Shown one piece after another: positions 18,811 through 29,072 of a DNA stretch of 53,725 bases (the stretch's first letter is position 1; the number at the start of each line of letters is the position of its first letter). The DNA comes from a virus (taxonomy: Duplodnaviria; Caudoviricetes). The stretch lies in the IMG/VR virus record IMGVR_UViG_3300037845_000029, positions 1 through 53,725 of that record. One strand, given 5' to 3'. The notes beneath the pieces were generated by a model. The model was given only the letters and a program-made list of their open reading frames with translations, had not been told where the DNA came from and ran no database searches. The translations under genes and the position numbers were made by a program.

Positions 18811-19116
18811 ATGAAGACGACACGACGCGTAGTAGCGGGTCCGGCCACGATCGGTGGCCAAGAGATCCGGGGGGGGCAGTACGCCCTGGTCTGTCGATCC
18901 TACGGGATCGACAGCGTTAACTGGGTTTCCGACTCGGCCGGTGCGGTCGAGTCGGAAATCGAAAAAATGGCCGCGAAAGACGCGGCCGACGAGCAGGAGC
19001 GGCGGGCCGCGATGGCCCGCCCGCACACCCTGGCGGCCGAGTGCGCCGCCTCGGCGGCGCCCCGCGACCGGGACGACATCGCCCTGACCGGGCGAATCGG
19101 GATGTATTACGACTGA
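18811..19116 (+). CDS. Hypothetical protein
   Basis: GAGGA RBS; 101 aa. Confidence 0.6.
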   Translation: MKTTRRVVAGPATIGGQEIRGGQYALVCRSYGIDSVNWVSDSAGAVESEIEKMAAKDAADEQERRAAMARPHTLAAECAASAAPRDRDDIALTGRIGMYYD

Positions 19117-19189
19117 GCCACGTCGGGCCGAGGGGCTCCGCGAGGGAGTAATGACACGGGGCGACGCGACCACCACGAAAGGAAAAGAC

Positions 19190-19339
19190 ATGACGACCAA
19201 CGAGACTGCGACCAACGACCGGACCTCCGAATACTTCCCGTGCTGGCACTGCGAGGGCACCGGCACCATCGAAGATGCCGAGCACGGAGATTGCGAGTGC
19301 TCGGCGTGCGATGGCACCGGCGAAGCAAGGGAAGAGTGA
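19190..19339 (+). CDS. Small CxxCxGxG zinc-finger protein
   Basis: CWHCEGTG...CSACDGTG; AAGGA RBS. Confidence 0.6.
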   Translation: MTTNETATNDRTSEYFPCWHCEGTGTIEDAEHGDCECSACDGTGEAREE

Positions 19340-19829
19340 GACAATAGCTGCTTTACAAGAAGTCCGCCCCGCGCGCGGTCCGCGATTCGTTGACCACGCT
19401 GGGAAAGATTATGGAATCTGGCACGTCGTCGGATTGGCCGGATTTGCGCGAGGCGGTTACGCGTGCTGGCTTGTCCGTTGCCGTGGTTGCGGCAAAGAAA
19501 TCGTCACGCGAGCGCATACGCTACGGACGCTCTCCGGTAAGTGCCGCCATATCCGCAAGGTTCCCCAAAAGCGACAGAAGCCGGTCAAATGCAAACTCTG
19601 CAATAGAGCTCCGGTCGCCAAGGGGCTTTGCCGATCGCACTACCAAGTCGAGTGGGCGAGACTCAATCAAAAGAAGAAGCCGGGTTCCGAAGTCGTTGTC
19701 CGTGGCAGTCTCGCACGATTCATTCGCGAGGCGGCAAAAGCCGATGGAGCGGGAATATCAGAATGGTTGCGCAAAAAGTTGCTGCAAAAACGGGATACGG
19801 GGCGACCAAAAACGAAAGGGAAAACATGA
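19275..19829 (+). CDS. Basic zinc-finger/RHH-like DNA-binding protein (start uncertain)
   Basis: WLVRCRGCG, CKLC...GLCRSHY and a C-terminal IREAAKADGAGISEWLR. Confidence 0.5.
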   Translation: MPSTEIASARRAMAPAKQGKSETIAALQEVRPARGPRFVDHAGKDYGIWHVVGLAGFARGGYACWLVRCRGCGKEIVTRAHTLRTLSGKCRHIRKVPQKRQKPVKCKLCNRAPVAKGLCRSHYQVEWARLNQKKKPGSEVVVRGSLARFIREAAKADGAGISEWLRKKLLQKRDTGRPKTKGKT

Positions 19830-20089
19830 AGACGACACTTGAGGCTCAACTGAAACGCCTGAACGTCAACACGACTCACCGGCGTCCCGAGGGAATCGCC
19901 GTCTACGCCGACGACAATCTTCCGCGAGGGTGGGTCCGGCTTTCGGACGGCACAGGCACCGTCTACGGTGACGCGGCCGAAATTGCCGCGGTCCTTGAGG
20001 ACGTTGATGCCGAAGAAGTCACGACCGAATCTTGGGATGCTGTGTGGGACGCCCTTGGCGAATTCGAGGACAATGCTCCCACGACTTGA
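19826..20089 (+). CDS. Acidic hypothetical protein
   Basis: ATGA coupling at 19826. Confidence 0.6.
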   Translation: MKTTLEAQLKRLNVNTTHRRPEGIAVYADDNLPRGWVRLSDGTGTVYGDAAEIAAVLEDVDAEEVTTESWDAVWDALGEFEDNAPTT

Positions 20090-20100
20090 GCGAGTGAGCG

Positions 20101-20508
20101 GTGGCGGGCATCGGAAGGCATTTTGGCACGAAGGGGCGGCCGAGTCTCAAACGCAAGAGATTCTGCCGCCTCGTCGTGCTGGGCATGGCGGCCCGCGAGG
20201 GGCTGCGAAATGCTCGCGTGACCGGGTGGCTGTGTCGCTGCGACTGCGGGAACGAGAGGATCGTTGCCGCCAACGACTTGAAGGGCAATCGCGCGCTGGA
20301 CTGCGGGCGTGGCTGCCCGCTGAAAATCCGGTGCATCGTTTGCGGGCGATGGTTCGCCTTTCGGAGCAAGGGGAAACGCGAGACCTGCTCGGACAAGTGC
20401 AAGGCAACGAACGATCGGCGCATTCACGCAAGAGGAAAAGCGAAATGGCGAAAATTAAAACGCTCGGGTTCCTCGGCGTCCGCGCCGCGGCCGCCCGGCT
20501 CAACCTGA
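20101..20508 (+). CDS. Zinc-ribbon protein resembling the N-terminus of phage HNH endonucleases
   Basis: RFCRLVVLG...WLCRCDCGNERIV and CIVCG...CSDKC; no catalytic HNH visible. Confidence 0.5.
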   Translation: MAGIGRHFGTKGRPSLKRKRFCRLVVLGMAAREGLRNARVTGWLCRCDCGNERIVAANDLKGNRALDCGRGCPLKIRCIVCGRWFAFRSKGKRETCSDKCKATNDRRIHARGKAKWRKLKRSGSSASAPRPPGST

Positions 20509-21019
20509 CTCGCCAGCGTGTGCTGGTGCTCATCGCGGCCGACGCCAACCTGGCGCGCATGGCTGCGGAAGGACCGAGGAAAGCGTGAAAATCCGCATTA
20601 CCTTCACGCTCACGGAGAAGCAGCGCCGGGCCATCGGCTGCGCCATGGAACTCGGCCGCGTGCCGACCTACGAGGAATGCCGCTTCTTCCTTGAATCGCA
20701 AGGGATGATGGGCGTTGAACAAGCGATGGGCGACTACGACGAGCCGGAACTGGAAGCGCGTATGCCACCGGAAGGAAAACGATGACCGACGAAGAATTAC
20801 GCGACGTGGTTTTGCGGGCGCTCGAGGCTGGCCTGACCGCTGACCAAATCGTGCGCATCGGCAAGAACACGACGGCCGAGTCGTGACCCATGCTCTACGA
20901 GGCTGCCGGGTCCGGCGGCATGGCACGGTACTTCGCGGCGCTGGAAGTCTGCCGGGCCGTGAAGCTCGTCAGGGGTGCCCACGACATCCCGAAGGGAAGT
21001 TGACGGGGTAAATCGACCG

Positions 21020-21048
21020 TTGACCGCACAACGGCAAGCCGCTAGAAT
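21020..21048 (+). promoter_or_regulatory. Sigma70-type promoter, leaderless transcript
   Basis: TTGACC-17-TAGAAT with ATG 7 nt downstream (21055). Confidence 0.65.
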
Positions 21049-21054
21049 CGCTCC

Positions 21055-21255
21055 ATGCCAAGAAAGAACGCGTCAGCACAGGCCCTTGCGAAACTCCGCT
21101 GGAAGGACAAGACCCAGGCAGAACGGGCCGCAACCGGGCAACGACTCAAGAAGGCCCGCGCCGCGTCGAAGAAGCTAACGCCGAAGCGCCGGAAGGAAAT
21201 CGCCGAGATCGCTGCCAAGGCACGGTGGGCCAAGCACAGGAATGGAGCAGCTTGA
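21055..21255 (+). CDS. Small basic protein
   Basis: LTPKRRKEIAEIAAKARW pattern, common in small basic DNA-binding phage proteins. Confidence 0.65.
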   Translation: MPRKNASAQALAKLRWKDKTQAERAATGQRLKKARAASKKLTPKRRKEIAEIAAKARWAKHRNGAA

Positions 21256-21276
21256 AAGTTTTTTTCGGATTTGCTA

Positions 21277-21306
21277 TTGACCGCATTACGGCACATCGTC
21301 TAGAAT
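21277..21306 (+). promoter_or_regulatory. Sigma70-type promoter, near-copy of 21020-21048
   Basis: TTGACC-18-TAGAAT upstream of the ParB-like gene. Confidence 0.6.
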
Positions 21307-21338
21307 CCGGCCGGGCAATGGATGAAGGAGCGACACGC

Positions 21339-22193
21339 ATGGCAAAGAAAGTCGAGTTTCACCCTCTGGCCAACGCCTTCCCCTTGATGGACAAGAAGGA
21401 ATTCGATGCGCTCGTTATGGACATCGAGGACAACGGCTTGGCCGAAGACATCATCAACCACGACGGGCGAATCTTGGATGGGCGCAACCGCTACAACGCC
21501 TGTCTTGAGGCCAAGGTTGAGCCCAGGTTTCGCGATTGGGATGGGGAGGGCAAGACGCCGCTTGGGTTCGTCGTTATGAAGAACTTGCACCGCCGGCATC
21601 TGTCCGAGACGCAACGCGCATCGGTCGGAGCGGCGCTAGCTTTGTTCAAAAACGGAGAAATCCCCGAAGAAGGCGACGATTCGGCAAATTTGCCGCCTTC
21701 CGATGAGGAGGGATCGACGCTCACGCAAGAGGACGCCGCCGACCTCTTGAACGTCAGCGAACGAAGCATCCGCAGCGCCGCCAAGGTGCTACAGGATGGA
21801 TCAAAGGAACTCCAAGAGGCGATGAAGGCCGATGAGATTCCGGTCTCTAAAGCTGCTGAACTCGCGAAGTTGTCGAAGTCCGAGCAGAACGCCGAGCTTC
21901 GCCGAATCCGCGAGGAGCGCGAAGAGAAGGAACGCGAGAAGGCGGAACGCGAAGCCGAGCGACAAGCCGCCAAGGAAGCTGGCGAGGCGCCCAAACAGCC
22001 TACCGCCGCACAACGCAAGGAGACGATTCGCGCCGAATGCGACCGCGTAATTGCCGCCATCGAGTCGTTGCACAAGCGCGCCGAGAAGCTTTCGGAGATG
22101 TGCGGCGCCGACGACAAGTTTGTGAAGGGTATCTTCAAGGGGCTCGACACCGCTTCGCAAAACGCCTTCGACCTCAAACGGAGCAAGAGGTAG
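21339..22193 (+). CDS. ParB/Srx-like domain protein with HTH and coiled coil
   Basis: FHPLANAFPLM, ILDGRNRYNAC, NLHRRHL and AADLLNVSERSI; AAGGAG RBS. Confidence 0.8.
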   Translation: MAKKVEFHPLANAFPLMDKKEFDALVMDIEDNGLAEDIINHDGRILDGRNRYNACLEAKVEPRFRDWDGEGKTPLGFVVMKNLHRRHLSETQRASVGAALALFKNGEIPEEGDDSANLPPSDEEGSTLTQEDAADLLNVSERSIRSAAKVLQDGSKELQEAMKADEIPVSKAAELAKLSKSEQNAELRRIREEREEKEREKAEREAERQAAKEAGEAPKQPTAAQRKETIRAECDRVIAAIESLHKRAEKLSEMCGADDKFVKGIFKGLDTASQNAFDLKRSKR

Positions 22194-22196
22194 CCA

Positions 22197-23021
22197 ATGG
22201 AAGTCCCAGCCATCGACCTTGCCGCCATTGCGATTCGCCGAGCCTATCGGCAGTACCGCAACTTGCTGGCCGCCGGGCACTACGCGGACTTCTACGAGAC
22301 CGCGAAGATGATCGGCGCTCACCTGGACACGGCGCGAACCGTGTTGAAGAAGGAAAGCGGCGGAGAATTGACTGGGCAATTTTCGGCGTTCGTTGGCAAA
22401 CTGGAATTCGATCTTGTGTCATCGTATGCCCTGCTGAACGTCCACCTGCTCCGAGAATTCATCAACTTCCACGGCGTCTACTTCATCCAAGCCGGCAAGG
22501 ATGGACCAATCAAAATCGGCTGGACCAATGACCTCGCAAATCGGCTGTCTACCTTTCAGGTTGCGAACTATCGGACCCTTCATGTCCGCGCCGTGATGCT
22601 TGGAAAGGCCGCGATCGAACGACCGACGCAACGACTTTTCCGCAACGACCGCATTCGCGGAGAGTGGTTCAAGCCGAGCGACGGGTTGCTTGAGTACGTG
22701 TCTGACCTGAACCGCAACCGGGTTGACATGGAATTTGTGCCAGACGGCCTGCAACCCGCCGACCCTCAAATCCCAGAAGCTATGATGGAGGCGTTCAACT
22801 GTCTGTCCGTTTTCATATTCCGCCACAAGGCGACCGGAGGCTCAGAGGCCGTTCTAAAGCGGATTCTGTACGAGATTGACTACACACGATACATCGTCGA
22901 TGGGATGGGCGAGCGAGAATCGCAATTGATGGGGATGGTCTATGGCCAGTCCCGCAAGCAGTTGACCTACACGCCGAGCGCATGCTGGCCTGCATCGACC
23001 AGCTACGTGACCGAGTGTTGA
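22197..23021 (+). CDS. GIY-YIG (T5orf172/Mug113-like) domain protein
   Basis: VYFIQ...IKIGWT...RL..FQ...RGEWF. Confidence 0.75.
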   Translation: MEVPAIDLAAIAIRRAYRQYRNLLAAGHYADFYETAKMIGAHLDTARTVLKKESGGELTGQFSAFVGKLEFDLVSSYALLNVHLLREFINFHGVYFIQAGKDGPIKIGWTNDLANRLSTFQVANYRTLHVRAVMLGKAAIERPTQRLFRNDRIRGEWFKPSDGLLEYVSDLNRNRVDMEFVPDGLQPADPQIPEAMMEAFNCLSVFIFRHKATGGSEAVLKRILYEIDYTRYIVDGMGERESQLMGMVYGQSRKQLTYTPSACWPASTSYVTEC

Positions 23022-23037
23022 AGAAGCCGAGGGACGC

Positions 23038-25140
23038 ATGAGCCAATACTGGATTCTGGACGAGCAGCGCAAGCCGAAGCCGGTAACTGATGTTATCGAA
23101 TGGGCGACGTGGTTCGAGCACGGCGAGCGCAAGATCAAGCAAAGCGACATCGGCGGCGTGCATGTCTCGACCGTGTTCATTGGCATCGACCACCAATTCG
23201 GCAACGGACCGCCGCTCCTCTACGAGACGATGATTTTCGGAGGACCACGCGACGAGTCGCAAGCACGCGCCAGCACCGAAGCCGAAGCGTTGGATCAGCA
23301 CGAAGAAGCTTGCCGCCTTGCACGAGAGAAAGCCGAGATCAAGCGGCCGTGAAACCCATCTTGATTCTGCCCGGCCGAGACGATTACGAACACGATTTTT
23401 CTTGAGCTTGAAGTGTATGACCGATTGACGAAGTACGTGGCGCGGGCTCTGCAAACCGAAAAGGCAAATCGAGGCGACTGATGACCAATGACCAAAAGAA
23501 AACGCTCTGCGCCGGCTGCCGAGACAACTTCTACAACATCCCCGGCAACAGCACGACCGGCGAATGCTGGTTGCTGGCGAACGCCAAGCCCGTCGAACGC
23601 ACGAGCGTCGGCACCTGGCAGAACCCGCCGTATCACTGGCAGCCACAGCAGACCTTGAGTTGCCATCATCCCGAAGGGCGCCACTGGATCAAGGACGACG
23701 ATCCGAGGCTCGACACCGATCCGTACTGGGTCGCAAAACGCAAGGAGATTGACGGGGCGCTAGGCGCCGACTCCGTTCCCGACGCCAAGCGAGGATACAC
23801 CCCATGACGACCGACAAGAGCGAGACCCCACTGAACGGCCACCTGCGCCGCTTGGCAGGGCTGATCGACTACGACTGGGGCTGCTACCTGATTGAAGCAG
23901 CCGAGGAAATCGAGGCGTTGGTTGAAGCCGTGAAGCTCGTTCAAGGATTCGACTGGCGCCTCGACGAGAGCGCCTACGGCATTGAAATCAAGAGGCGAGC
24001 CGAAGCCGCCGTCACTAGGGCAACTACGGCCTATCGCTCACCTGCCGCCATGCTCGCCGAGAAGAGACGAAGGGATGCCGCAGAATGATCCGAACCTACT
24101 GCGACGGATGCGAAAAGGAAATCACCGAGGCCAATGCCTGCGCCGGAGGGCCGATCCATTGCGATTGGCGGCTTGGCACGACCGTCAAAAAGCGAGGCAA
24201 GAAGCTTCTAGTCGAAGTAATCATAACGACGGACGATGTTGCCAATACTGGCCACTGGTGCAAGTATTGTGTGCTCGACGCCTTATACGCGCTCGACGAC
24301 CGAGTAAAGCAGGCGAGGAACAAACGATGACCGACTTCTCCACCATCCTGGCCCGCGACATCACAGCGCGGCGGATTAGCGTCGAGCTAGTCCGTGAGGC
24401 GTACAGCGTAAGCGGGCTGAAACCGCAAGCGTTTTGTACCGTCTCGCACGACTTTCAATGTGGTTGCCCAGTAGGCGCCATCCACCTGTGCTCTAAACCG
24501 ACTCAGGATGACGCGACCGAAATATCGAACGAGGCGACGATCTGGGCGGCAGAAACGTTCGGCAAGTCATACACCAGAGGGTTTATGACCGGTTTTGATA
24601 CGCATAGTGCCGGATGGAACCCATACGACGGCGGCAGAGAGGGCTTTATCGATGGCCGTGCCGCCCGTGAAGCCGTGCTGGGGAAGGGAGAGGCGGGAAC
24701 CCAAGGGGCGACCAAGTGAGCATCCGCGACGGCCGAGTAACGCTCTGGTGCGATACCGAGGATTGCGACGAGAACATCGACGCTTCGCTCGTCGCGCTGG
24801 CACGACCAGGAAACCACAAGCAGCTTTGGGAGGAGCCTGATTACGATTACGCAATTCGTATTCGCGGCTGGTCAATCGTCGGACCACGGCAGGAGACCTA
24901 CTGCCCGTCCTGCACGAAGAAGCGAGCCAGGGCAGCCAAGAGAGCGGCGAACAAGACCGCGAGGGAGGCCGGATGAACGATCGCGAAATCGCAACGACGC
25001 GCGGCGACCGAGAGATTGCCGACCGCGTGCGGTTCCACTACGCGATGCACTTGGCAGCATGGGTCACGCACCTAGCATCTATCGCTATGCCGGTGGAAAT
25101 CATCGACGCTCAAATGGCTTTCGAGGCGAACGCGACATGA
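23038..25140 (+). other. Run of small, mostly coupled hypothetical ORFs (23038-23352, 23481-23807, 23804-24088, 24085-24330, 24327-24719, 24716-24976, 24973-25140)
   Basis: Consecutive ATGA/GTGA start-stop overlaps from 23481 on; several have CxxC motifs. Confidence 0.6.
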
Positions 25141-25322
25141 CACGCAACGGCAAGCCACAGGACTACCGCCGCAAGCTGAAGCGCCTGCTGGCCCGGATGA
25201 CCCGCCGCGAGTTGGCCGACGAAATCGGCGTGACCGTTGGCGCGGTTGACCACTGGACCCGCGGACTTCGCAAGCCGAGCGGGCCGTCGAAAAAAGCGAT
25301 TGACCGGCTTTTGCAGGCTTGA
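25137..25322 (+). CDS. XRE/Cro-type HTH regulator
   Basis: MTRRELADEIGVTVGAVDHWTRGLRKPS. Confidence 0.8.
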   Translation: MTRNGKPQDYRRKLKRLLARMTRRELADEIGVTVGAVDHWTRGLRKPSGPSKKAIDRLLQA

Positions 25323-25353
25323 CAGGGCGAACTACTCCGTATAGGTTGACCAC

Positions 25354-26358
25354 ATGAGCGTCATCCTCACGAAGCCTGAGCACGCTTTCGAGAAGTGCCA
25401 ATCGTGCGGCAAGCCCCCCGACCAACTCACCGCCGCTTGCCCACAGGCCGAGACGATCGACGAGCGCGCCGCCTGGCTAGCGCTTCGCCAGCAGTCGATC
25501 GGCGCTTCGGAGACGGCCGCCGCGCTGGGGGTCGATCCCTATCGCTCGCCAACCGATCTTTGGATGACCAAGACTGGGCTTGCCGAGCCCGAGGACATCG
25601 GCGGCAAGCTGCCTGTCAAAATCGGCAACCGTCTGGAACAACTCATCATCGAGGAGTTCGCCGAGCAGAGCGGCCGACTTGTGACGCCCTGGCCGGCGTT
25701 CCACCTCGTGCGCCATCCGTCGCGGCCTTACGTTTCATGCACGCCAGACGCCGAGGAGTGGAATCCGGATTGCCTGGAAGAACGCATCGGACTTGTGCAG
25801 GTCAAGGCGGTTTCGGCCTACATGGACCGGCACTGGAAGCCGGGCGAGGCGCCGTTGCACTACCAGGTGCAATGTCAGGCCGAGCTTGCCGTGGTCGGTT
25901 GCGACCATTCGACGCTCGTGGCGCTAGTCGGCAATAGCCATCTAAGATGGCTGGACCTGCCGCGCGACGACCACTTCATCGGCGTCATGCTCGACCGCCT
26001 GGAAGAATTCTGGCACCACGTCGAGACGCGAACGCCGCCGGCAATCGACTGGTCGGAAAGCTGCACGCGAGCGCTCGAGCGACTCCATCCGAAAGATCAA
26101 GGGCATTCCGTGGAACTGCCGCCGGAAGCCGCCGAGTGGGACGCCGAGCTTGCCGAGATCAAGGGGCGAATCAAGGAGCTTGAGCAGGCCCGCGACCTGC
26201 GCGAGAACCAACTACGGGCCGCTATCGGCCCGGCGTCGTTCGGCGTGCTCCCGGACGGCGGCAAGTGGTCGTGGAAGTGGCAGGAGCGGAAGGGGTACGT
26301 CGTTCAGCCGACAGAATTCAGGAAGTTGAGCCGTGTCAAAGGCAAGTCGAAGGAATGA
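25354..26358 (+). CDS. YqaJ-family viral recombination exonuclease
   Basis: WLALRQQSIGASE, GVDPYRSP, GNRLE, CTPD and PLHYQVQCQ. Confidence 0.9.
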   Translation: MSVILTKPEHAFEKCQSCGKPPDQLTAACPQAETIDERAAWLALRQQSIGASETAAALGVDPYRSPTDLWMTKTGLAEPEDIGGKLPVKIGNRLEQLIIEEFAEQSGRLVTPWPAFHLVRHPSRPYVSCTPDAEEWNPDCLEERIGLVQVKAVSAYMDRHWKPGEAPLHYQVQCQAELAVVGCDHSTLVALVGNSHLRWLDLPRDDHFIGVMLDRLEEFWHHVETRTPPAIDWSESCTRALERLHPKDQGHSVELPPEAAEWDAELAEIKGRIKELEQARDLRENQLRAAIGPASFGVLPDGGKWSWKWQERKGYVVQPTEFRKLSRVKGKSKE

Positions 26359-26986
26359 GCTTCATCGCATCCCGAGGCCAGAGCCATCCGCCCATTCCAC
26401 GGCGGCCACGCCGTTTCGGCTGCTGTTTTCCGCCAGGCCAGTCGGGACGATGCTGGCCAAAGTCCTTTGCGTCGTCCAGCGGGATGTACAACCAGATATC
26501 AGCCGTAACGAGTTGCGATTCGCGTTGCAAATCCATCGGGGTCATCGTTTCGTTGAGAACGATGAAAACCTGTGCGGCGCTTCGCTCTTGCACTTCTTCG
26601 TAGCCTATCAGCAGCGAGTAATCGCAACCGTGTTCCCATCTTGGCCCTGGCGCAAGCCGTCGCCATGTCGGAGCAGCCTTGGCCTTCACTTCGTTCCATT
26701 GAACGCCCTTCGAGCCGCCCATCAATAGCAAGTCCGGCGCGACCAGAAGTCCGTCGTTCGCAATCAACATCGGCGCTTTTGTTTCTGGTACGTTGTCCTC
26801 GAATCCGTAGACCGGTAACACGATCCTGCCGCGACGTGCCTGCGCCTCTGCCCATCGCTTTTGCGCGCCGTCACCCATTTTCCATTCGCGCGTTTCGCAG
26901 AACGGGTCGACTCTGGGAAGCTCAGGCGATTCTTCACGCCGCTCTAACGGCGAGTCCCACGGCAATTCAAGCTGACTCGTCGCCAT
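26336..26986 (-). CDS. Putative PD-(D/E)xK nuclease
   Basis: APDLLL...WNEVKAK matches PD...ExK. Confidence 0.55.
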   Translation of the reverse strand: MATSQLELPWDSPLERREESPELPRVDPFCETREWKMGDGAQKRWAEAQARRGRIVLPVYGFEDNVPETKAPMLIANDGLLVAPDLLLMGGSKGVQWNEVKAKAAPTWRRLAPGPRWEHGCDYSLLIGYEEVQERSAAQVFIVLNETMTPMDLQRESQLVTADIWLYIPLDDAKDFGQHRPDWPGGKQQPKRRGRRGMGGWLWPRDAMKLIPSTCL

Positions 26987-27560
26987 GCCCTTTGATCTTC
27001 CGCTTCAACCAATTTGCTACAGTCGACAGTTCTTTCCAGGTCGCATCACGCTTGATGCAATTGCACCTCCAGCAGAGCAACGCCACGTTGCCGACGACGT
27101 ATCCAAGACTTCCGATGATCCTGTCGATACTAGGCGAGTCATCATGACCTTTCCCGTCCGTCTTGAATCCAATGTCGAGCTTTCTCCCGCAACATTCGCA
27201 ATTTGGTGATCGCAAAAGCCAATCGCTGATGAAGCCGGAAGTAAAGACAGCCGCATCAAACGGCAACCTGCTGGCACTGCTGCGGTCGCGCATTCCTTGC
27301 CGTAGCACATTTACTCGCGCTCTCAATGGCCGCGATTCTCGGAATCTCTCTTTTCTAATCCGATCTTTCTCGCCGTTGTGAATTTTGTAAAGCTCTCTCC
27401 GTCGCAACGCTAGTCTTTTCCTGTGTTTTTTGCGCCATTTGTGTTTGTATCTTGCCGAGCAACGAAGGCAAGTGCGAGCATGACCGCCGGCGCAGACCTT
27501 GTTCTTTATGAATTGATCAAGATCGAGCCACCTGCGACACTTTGAGCATTGCCGTTTCAT
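26967..27560 (-). CDS. HNH-like (His-Me finger) endonuclease
   Basis: N-terminal CSKC/CLRC; C-terminal CECCG...SIDRI...GYVVGNV..LCWRCNCIK. Lower GC than its flanks. Confidence 0.7.
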   Translation of the reverse strand: MKRQCSKCRRWLDLDQFIKNKVCAGGHARTCLRCSARYKHKWRKKHRKRLALRRRELYKIHNGEKDRIRKERFRESRPLRARVNVLRQGMRDRSSASRLPFDAAVFTSGFISDWLLRSPNCECCGRKLDIGFKTDGKGHDDSPSIDRIIGSLGYVVGNVALLCWRCNCIKRDATWKELSTVANWLKRKIKGHGDESA

Positions 27561-27564
27561 GCCA

Positions 27565-28722
27565 TCATTCTATCTCGTCTCCCCAATAATTCCAAGATGC
27601 TCCCGTTCGTTTTTTTCGTGCGAACATTTCGAGTTTCGAGCCAGGGCAGAGCTTTTCGATCATCGCGTAGAATTCTTCCGGCTTGGCCGAATGCTTGCCG
27701 GAATCGGCGATCAGCAACGTCGTTTGATTCGTGAGCCGGATGGTCGGCTTACCGCGAACACACATCAGGCAATGTTCGGTCTTGCCGCGCAGCCAGTCGC
27801 CCGTACCCATCTTCTGTTTGCCCCAGGTGAGCATCGTCTTGTAAGTGAAGCCCCACGCTTCGACTACCTCGAATGCTTCTCGCAAGTGCGCGTTGGTCGT
27901 CCAAAGCCAAAGCACGGAATCGTCATGGGCTCGCGCGCCAACATCGAGAGCTTTGATTTTTGCGATGGACATGGACGGGTACGGATTCGCGGCGCGATGG
28001 CTTGGGTCTTCTTCTCTCGCATCGTATTGCCACGGCGGGTCGGCGACGATGACGCGATACTGGCCTTCCGGCAAAGGCGGCGGCTCGCTCTCGATCGCTG
28101 CCGACTTTTGGGCCACGACGAGCTTTTTGTGGGCGCCGTTCACCTTGCCGGTTCGGTTCATTTCGTCGATGAGATCGCGGTCGCCTGAATTGACGACCGC
28201 CTTTGCCTTCTCGTAAGTGCGACGGTCCATGCCGACGGCGGCGGCGGCCTGCCCCTTTGTCGTGCGCGCTTCTTCGGCTTTTGTGTCGCGGCAATCCTTA
28301 CGGGAAATTCCCGTAAGGTTTTTCTTTTTGCCACGACCGCCGGCCTGCCCATCAGCGCTCTTGCCGGCTTGCTGTGCCTCTCTAGCCAACTTGGCCGCGA
28401 CGGTTTCGATCCGACCGCCTAGGTGGACGGCTTCTTCCGGCGTGTACGGTTCGCGGCAGGTGTTTTCATCCCGCTCCGCTTCTAGCAGCAGGTTCAATTC
28501 GGTCAGATTTCTGGCGATGTTGGCCGGGATTTCATCGCGGCCTAGCTTCTTGAACGCTTCGATTCGCCTGCGCCCGACAACCAGCTTCTTGTCCGAGGTT
28601 AGTACGATGGGATGCAGCAGCGTTACCCGTTCGATGCTGTCGGCTAAGCTGGCAATGTCGCCCATCGCCTTGCGAGAGCGGCCTTTCACGTCGATCTCGG
28701 AAATCGGAACCATCGTGGCCAT
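27565..28722 (-). CDS. ParB-domain/MT-A70-family adenine methyltransferase fusion
   Basis: ParB part LLHPIVL...GRRRIEA...EN. MT-A70 part YRVIVADPPW, LWLWTTN, WGF.YKT..TWGK, HSAKP and KLEMFAR. Confidence 0.88.
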   Translation of the reverse strand: MATMVPISEIDVKGRSRKAMGDIASLADSIERVTLLHPIVLTSDKKLVVGRRRIEAFKKLGRDEIPANIARNLTELNLLLEAERDENTCREPYTPEEAVHLGGRIETVAAKLAREAQQAGKSADGQAGGRGKKKNLTGISRKDCRDTKAEEARTTKGQAAAAVGMDRRTYEKAKAVVNSGDRDLIDEMNRTGKVNGAHKKLVVAQKSAAIESEPPPLPEGQYRVIVADPPWQYDAREEDPSHRAANPYPSMSIAKIKALDVGARAHDDSVLWLWTTNAHLREAFEVVEAWGFTYKTMLTWGKQKMGTGDWLRGKTEHCLMCVRGKPTIRLTNQTTLLIADSGKHSAKPEEFYAMIEKLCPGSKLEMFARKKRTGASWNYWGDEIE

Positions 28723-28737
28723 GCCGTTGCTCCTTGC

Positions 28738-28766
28738 TTGACGTTCGCCAAAACGGCAACTATACT
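28738..28766 (+). promoter_or_regulatory. Sigma70-type promoter for the XRE gene
   Basis: TTGACG-17-TATACT with ATG at 28775. Confidence 0.7.
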
Positions 28767-28774
28767 ACCCGGCT

Positions 28775-29008
28775 ATGCCAACGTCAACACGCAAAAACCG
28801 CCGTTTGCGGCTGCAAATCGCCGCCAGAATCCAGGAGCGACGCTTGGCGGCTGGGCTCACCGTGACCGAGCTTGCCAGCCGCGTAGGAATTTCCCAGCCG
28901 TCCATGCACTACATCGACACGGGCGCGCGCGGAGCCAAGTTGAGCACGCTTGCGGCCATCGCGGCGGCCTTGAAAGTCCCGCTCAAAGATTTACTTCCCG
29001 ACGCTTGA
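28775..29008 (+). CDS. XRE-family HTH regulator
   Basis: RRLAAGLTVTELASRVGISQPSM...LAAIAAALKV. Confidence 0.85.
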   Translation: MPTSTRKNRRLRLQIAARIQERRLAAGLTVTELASRVGISQPSMHYIDTGARGAKLSTLAAIAAALKVPLKDLLPDA

Positions 29009-29033
29009 CGGCTCAATAGCCGCCTGCTATACT
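29005..29033 (+). promoter_or_regulatory. Sigma70-type promoter for the RecT-like gene
   Basis: TTGACG-17-TATACT; the -35 box contains the upstream stop codon. Confidence 0.7.
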
Positions 29034-29072
29034 TAGACGCGGGCACAACGAATACGCCAGGAGTTAATCTAA

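Noticed and set aside
21044-21064. Partial match of the spacer reverse complement (GCTCCATGCC) over the 21055 start codon
   Set aside because: Only 10 contiguous nt (about 16 of 21 locally), which is expected by chance. Not called self-targeting.
28159-28170. 12-nt match CATTTCGTCGAT to the spacer
   Set aside because: The flanks do not match; compatible with chance in 54 kb.
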